DNA from: Candidatus Nomurabacteria bacterium
Lineage (GTDB): Bacteria > Patescibacteriota > Minisyncoccia > Phycocordibacterales > UBA9973
Length of the DNA: 39,915 nucleotides
Direction of reading: 5' to 3'
Assembly: GCA_016196605.1 (NCBI GenBank)
Contig: JACPXJ010000004.1
Location: 1-39,915 of the forward strand
Below, one piece after another: positions 39,092-39,915 of this stretch; positions within the stretch are counted from its first letter, which is position 1, and the number at the start of each line of letters is the position of its first letter. The notes below the pieces were generated by a model. That model was given only the letters and a program-made list of their open reading frames with translations, did not search any database and was not told the origin of the DNA. A program made the position numbers and the translations under genes.

Positions 39092-39910
39092 TTACGCCAA
39101 TCTGATTTCTCCAAACTCTTCTTTGATCAGTCCTTTGATTTCCATTATTGAAATAAGCGCGTTGCCGGCGGCAGTCGGCATTTTTAATGATCTAATAAGA
39201 TCATCTTTAGGCAATGACTCTCGCAGCATGCCAACTACTTTTTTTTCATCGGGCGACAAATCCTCAAAAAGACGCTGTTGTTTTTCTTCGTCTTTTTCTT
39301 GTTCAAAACCTAGAGCTTCTAAAACTTCTTCCGAATTGGTTACGGGAGTAGCGCCCTGTCGGAGTAGCCGATTTGTACCTTTTGAGTTTGAGGAAAATAT
39401 AGATCCAGGCACGACTAGCAGATCTCTGTTGTATTCGGTAGTCAGCCGGGCGGTGATAAGCGTACCGGATCTTTCTTCGGCTTCTATTATGAGTACCGCC
39501 TTTGACATGCCCGCCATCAGCCGATTTCTCATAGGGAAGCACCAATATTGCGATACAAGGTCAGGAGGGAATTCTGAGATCAAGCATCCGCCTTTCTCCA
39601 CCACTTCTTTTACCAGTTGTATATTTGTTCTCGGATATATTACTTTGTCCGAAAGCCCTGAACCGGGAAACACAATAGTTTTAAGTCCTACCTGCATTGC
39701 TTTTTTATGGGCGATGGTGTCAATACCCATAGCAAAACCAGAAACAATGACTATCGGATAACCTTTAAGTCCGGCGATAATTTTTTCACAAGCTTCCTTG
39801 CCATAAGATGTAAATTTACGCGAACCAACAACGGAAAGATAAATTAAATTTTTTTCTTTCGGCAGCTCTCCGATTATCCAGAGGTCCTCCGGCGGCTGTG
39901 GAATTTCCAA
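39092..39910 (-). CDS. dprA: DNA-protecting protein DprA/Smf (true start probably beyond the window edge)
   Basis: VVGSR, VSGFAMGID, FPMRNR, SGTLITA, VPG; the frame stays open to the window end. Confidence 0.95.
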   Translation of the reverse strand: MEIPQPPEDLWIIGELPKEKNLIYLSVVGSRKFTSYGKEACEKIIAGLKGYPIVIVSGFAMGIDTIAHKKAMQVGLKTIVFPGSGLSDKVIYPRTNIQLVKEVVEKGGCLISEFPPDLVSQYWCFPMRNRLMAGMSKAVLIIEAEERSGTLITARLTTEYNRDLLVVPGSIFSSNSKGTNRLLRQGATPVTNSEEVLEALGFEQEKDEEKQQRLFEDLSPDEKKVVGMLRESLPKDDLIRSLKMPTAAGNALISIMEIKGLIKEEFGEIRLA

Positions 39911-39915
39911 AAGCT

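Noticed and set aside
39012..39761. 249-aa plus-strand ORF
   Set aside because: Antisense shadow of dprA and topA with no recognisable motifs.

Overview
This is a 39.9-kb stretch of mostly housekeeping chromosome from a small-genome bacterium. Gene content and style point to Patescibacteria/CPR (Parcubacteria-like); that assignment is inference. The left edge holds a 5'-truncated, frameshifted large serine recombinase whose 3' end runs antisense into tRNA-Glu. It is followed by rmuC, an exonuclease, yqeY, MYG1, obgE, gatB, a class I aldolase, an FAD oxidoreductase, rplY, a lytic transglycosylase, rpmE, prfA, a small secreted-protein island and an RRM protein. The rest holds a full F1Fo ATP synthase operon, rsmI, priA, mreB, a holB-like gene, frr, rseP, an M24 peptidase, ddl, murI, rpmG, an SMR-like gene, miaA, murA, parB, topA and dprA. 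There are four tRNAs (Glu-CTC, Ile-GAT, Trp-CCA, Leu-CAA). Main signals beyond annotation: (1) a stand-alone winged-helix/Cas2-like gene bracketed by two near-identical 39-bp palindromic direct repeats; (2) many short palindromes from several families, often with a 5-nt asymmetric core, many lying in-frame inside core genes (atpA, atpG, atpD, rseP, rsmI, topA, miaA, holB-like, parB); (3) at least 11 genes with a -10 box exactly 6 nt before ATG, implying leaderless mRNAs; (4) two unexplained multibranch structured elements (9-121 and 3385-3488); (5) a topA lacking its N-terminal TOPRIM strand and a priA lacking helicase motifs. All calls come from reading the sequence by eye; no searches were run.
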